This document shows positions 32,364 to 35,092 of a stretch of 35,092 nt of DNA, piece by piece (position 1 is the stretch's first letter; the number at the start of each line of letters is the position of its first letter). A model generated the notes under the pieces. The model was not told the origin of the DNA. It made no database searches and was given only the letters and a program-made list of their open reading frames with translations. The position numbers were made by a program, and so were the translations under genes. Source of the DNA: Emiliania huxleyi CCMP1516 (taxonomy: Eukaryota); NCBI RefSeq assembly GCF_000372725.1, contig NW_005201318.1:51190-86281 (forward strand), written 5' to 3'.

Positions 32364-33004
32364 AGCCCTGTTCACGCGCGCGCGAGACGTGCAGACAGGA
32401 GGGTTGCCAGGTGAGAGCGAATGGCGCGGTTCACGCCTCGCACAACAGAGAGAGAGATGCGCTCTGTGCAACAAATATTGCTAAAAATGTATGTTTGTCA
32501 CTTTCATCTTAAAGAGCTCCGAACCCTCCACTGCCGCTGAACCTTCTTTTCTAGAGACTAGACGGCTAGGATTGAGAGCAGCCTCGCCCTAGAAAGTCGA
32601 AGGATTGTGAGCACCGAGAGAGAGAGAGAATTCTTGATACGAAACCACGACGACACACACCAGTCGACTCGCATCGGTTGCCTCCATGAACGGCGGAGCT
32701 ATTCTCGCGCCCACACCACACCTGGCTCCAACGTGGACACGCCCATAGCTGGGGACACTACTAGGTCACGCATGGCATCACAGAAGTTTTATCTCTGGGC
32801 CCCGAAAGGCATCTCTAGCAGTGTCGTTACACATGCCCCCTCCCCTCCTGGGCGCATGCGCCTCACGTCTCGCCAGAGCATAAGCCCTTGGCGTGTGGCG
32901 AGACGAGTTTTTCGCCATCGCAGCGAGCAGCAAGCCGCCCGCCGCAAACAGCCGGAGGCCTCGCCGCGGCACTGGCTGCGCCGCGGTCCCGCACCCGTCG
33001 ACGC

Positions 33005-33043
<39 letters not shown>

Positions 33044-33327
33044 GCACCCTGAGCAGCACTCCTCGCAATCGTAGCATCTCTATTGCGAGCCGGTCCCCTC
33101 GCAATCGGTGGGATCACTGACTCGATTCTACATGTACATGTACCTCGAATTCTTCCACCCCCACGACTCGGAACACGAATGTGACAGGACCATCGGGTCC
33201 TTCAGCCACCAAAGCGAGATCACAATAAACAGCTGAGCCTGCCTCTGGCCTCGCCTCCCTCTCCTTCAGGCATTCGTGGCATCCTATGCGCTATGGGTCG
33301 TCCAGAGTATCGACCTCTGTCTGGCTT

Positions 33328-33497
33328 GCCATCTCGCTGGCCTCTCCGCAGGGCCCCCCGACCGCGTCGAACCGATCGGCGCGGGCTCTCTCGGCTACGG
33401 GACCGGCCCCAGCTTCGGCTGAGGGCTAACAAGCTGCCGAGCCCAAATCACTGTGAGAGTCGTGATTTCTTGTTCGTTTTCTAAAATCTCTCTCTCA
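33328..33497 (+). repeat. Repeat family A1, copy 2
   Basis: Reverse complement of 7762-7935. Confidence 0.9.
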
Positions 33498-33590
33498 CAC
33501 GCACCGCACGACACCACACGCTCTGTGTGACACATTTCTTGTTGGCTTCTAAAAATCTCTCTCCACACGCCACCGCGCGCGCGCTCACAC

Positions 33591-33645
33591 GCGTGCCGTC
33601 CTCCCTCCCTCCCTTCGGGTGTTTCTTTTCTTTCTTTCTTTCTTC
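33591..33645 (+). repeat. Repeat family B, diverged short copy
   Basis: gcgtgccgtcctccctccctcccttcgggtgtttcttttctttctttctttctt. Confidence 0.7.
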
Positions 33646-33780
33646 AGCGATTAGAAAAAAGAATTTCGGACGGCCTACCCCGCGCCCACACCCCGTCCTC
33701 CCATCCCTCGCCTGGCTGGGCAAGTTTCTGTCCGCGGGCGGTTTTCTTCCTCGCTGTACCTGCGTAGGGGCGCGCCTAAA

Positions 33781-35092
33781 ATGTCAGAGTCAGTGTGTGG
33801 CACCTCGCCTGCCGACGCGCCGCTGCTTGGGCAGCGCGTCGTGCTCGGCGGGCTCTCTTCCCGCCCCGAGCTGAACGGGAAGCGGGGCGTGGCGCGGAGC
33901 TTCGAGGGCGGCCGCTACGCTGTGGCGCTCGAGGGAAGCGGCGAGAGCGTGCGGGTGCGGCCTGAGAGGTTGCGGCCAGTGGCGGCGGCGGAGCAGGCGT
34001 CGAGCGGTGACTCGGCAGCCCCCGATGCGGTCGTGGCAGCGGCTGCGCGAGGCGAGGAGGAGGCGGTGCTGGCATGGCTCGATGCCGGCGGGCGGGCCGA
34101 CGCGATGTACGAGAGAGGCGGCGTGAGCGGCCTCACGCTGCTGATGGGCGCCGCCAACCACGGCCACGAGCGGGTGGTCGAGCAGCTGTTGCGGTACGGG
34201 GCGGACATCGACCTGCAGGACAGCGACGGCGACTCCGCGCTGATGGCTGCCGCCTACGGCGGTCAGGAGCTGGTGGTCGAGCTGCTGCTGCGGCACGGGG
34301 CGAAGGTCAACCTGCAGGACAGCGTCGGCAGCACCGCGCTTATTGACGCCGCCCTCAACGGCCACGAGCGGCTGGTCGAGCTGCTGCTGCAGCACGGGGC
34401 GGAGCTCAACCTGCAGAGCAGCGACGGCGACACCGCGCTGATGGCCGCCGCCTTCTTCAACCGCGCCGCCGTCGTGCGGCGCTTGCTGCGGGCGGGCGCA
34501 GACACGGCGGCGCGCAGTGCGAGCGGCATGACGGCGCTGCATTGGGCCAAGGAGAAGGGCCACGCCGAGTGCGTCGAGGCCTTCCGGCAGCACGTCAAGG
34601 AGGCGGTGGTGGCGGGACGGCCCACTGCGGCGGCAGCCGGCTCTGAAGGCGCAGGCGGCGCTTCCTCCGGCGGCGCTTCCTCGGCTGGATCGAGAGTCAC
34701 GAAGACGCTGTCTCCAGCGGTGGCGGCGGAGCAGGCGTCGAGCGGTGTCGCGGCAGCCCCCGACGCGGTCGTGGCAGCGGTTGAGCGAGGCGAGGAGGAG
34801 GCAGTGCTGGCGTGGCTTGACAGCGGCGGGCGGGCCGACGCGACGTACGAGTGTGGCAAGTCGACTGGCCTCACGCTGCTGATGGGCGCCGCTGTCCACG
34901 GCCACGAGCGGGTGGTCGAGCTGCTGCTGCGGCACGGGGCGAAGGTCAACTTGCACGACAGCGACGGCGACACATCGCTGATGTACGCCGCCCACCAAGG
35001 CCACGAGCGGGTGGTCGAGCTGCTGATTCGGCACGGCGCGGAGATCAACCTGCATAACAGCAAGGGCCAGACCGCACTGATGAAAGCCGCTT
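33781..35092 (+). CDS. Ankyrin-repeat protein with an N-terminal 'GL..RPELNG' beta domain; runs off the right edge
   Basis: From ATG 33781: MSESVCGTSPADAPLLGQRVVLGGLSSRPELNGKRGVARSFEGGRYAVALE..., then GLTLLMGAANHGHERVVEQLLRYGADIDLQDSDGDSALMAAA... ankyrin repeats. The ankyrin block is internally duplicated (~33976 and ~34715 onward). Confidence 0.92.
   Translation, partial: MSESVCGTSPADAPLLGQRVVLGGLSSRPELNGKRGVARSFEGGRYAVALEGSGESVRVRPERLRPVAAAEQASSGDSAAPDAVVAAAARGEEEAVLAWLDAGGRADAMYERGGVSGLTLLMGAANHGHERVVEQLLRYGADIDLQDSDGDSALMAAAYGGQELVVELLLRHGAKVNLQDSVGSTALIDAALNGHERLVELLLQHGAELNLQSSDGDTALMAAAFFNRAAVVRRLLRAGADTAARSASGMTALHWAKEKGHAECVEAFRQHVKEAVVAGRPTAAAAGSEGAGGASSGGASSAGSRVTKTLSPAVAAEQASSGVAAAPDAVVAAVERGEEEAVLAWLDSGGRADATYECGKSTGLTLLMGAAVHGHERVVELLLRHGAKVNLHDSDGDTSLMYAAHQGHERVVELLIRHGAEINLHNSKGQTALMKAA

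Noticed and set aside
32751..32825. gacactactag / ctagcagtgtc as a mini-CACTA element
   Set aside because: Only 10/11-bp inverted match and no 3-bp TSD.
677..33665. Recurring AAAAGAATT motif near gene starts (677, 5312, 11447, 12406 reverse, 33657)
   Set aside because: Orientation is inconsistent and the motif is too short to separate from ordinary A-tracts in intergenic DNA without statistics.
33790..35055. Long antisense or alternative-frame ORFs (also 3501-4670, 14780-15649, 30791-31783)
   Set aside because: Shadow ORFs of real genes caused by high GC; no independent domain signal.

Overview
Very GC-rich eukaryotic draft-assembly DNA with four N-gaps. Frequent GC-AG introns, 10-11/22-nt intronic tandem repeats and RCC1/ankyrin/Kelch/ARM gene fragments suggest a haptophyte such as Emiliania (Gephyrocapsa) huxleyi; this is an inference. 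Recognisable genes are dolichol kinase, CTNNBL1 (5 exons), a TMEM65 homologue with an EF-hand, an SGNH-type hydrolase, a permuted papain-like (YaeF/YiiX-type) amidase, a WW-domain/ATP23-like fusion, and ARM-repeat, ankyrin-repeat and F-box-like/RCC1-repeat proteins. There are also DnaJ, RCC1 and Kelch relics. Intergenic DNA is dense in small mobile elements: several TIR elements and retroposon-like repeats with microsatellite tails. The most striking feature is a 127-bp element (5160-5286) in the RCC1 gene. It has perfect 15-bp TIRs and a 9-bp TSD, and the TIRs carry both splice sites (CTG|GCGAGT...CAG), so splicing would restore the frame. It is a candidate introner (intron-creating transposon). 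All exon/intron boundaries were read by eye.
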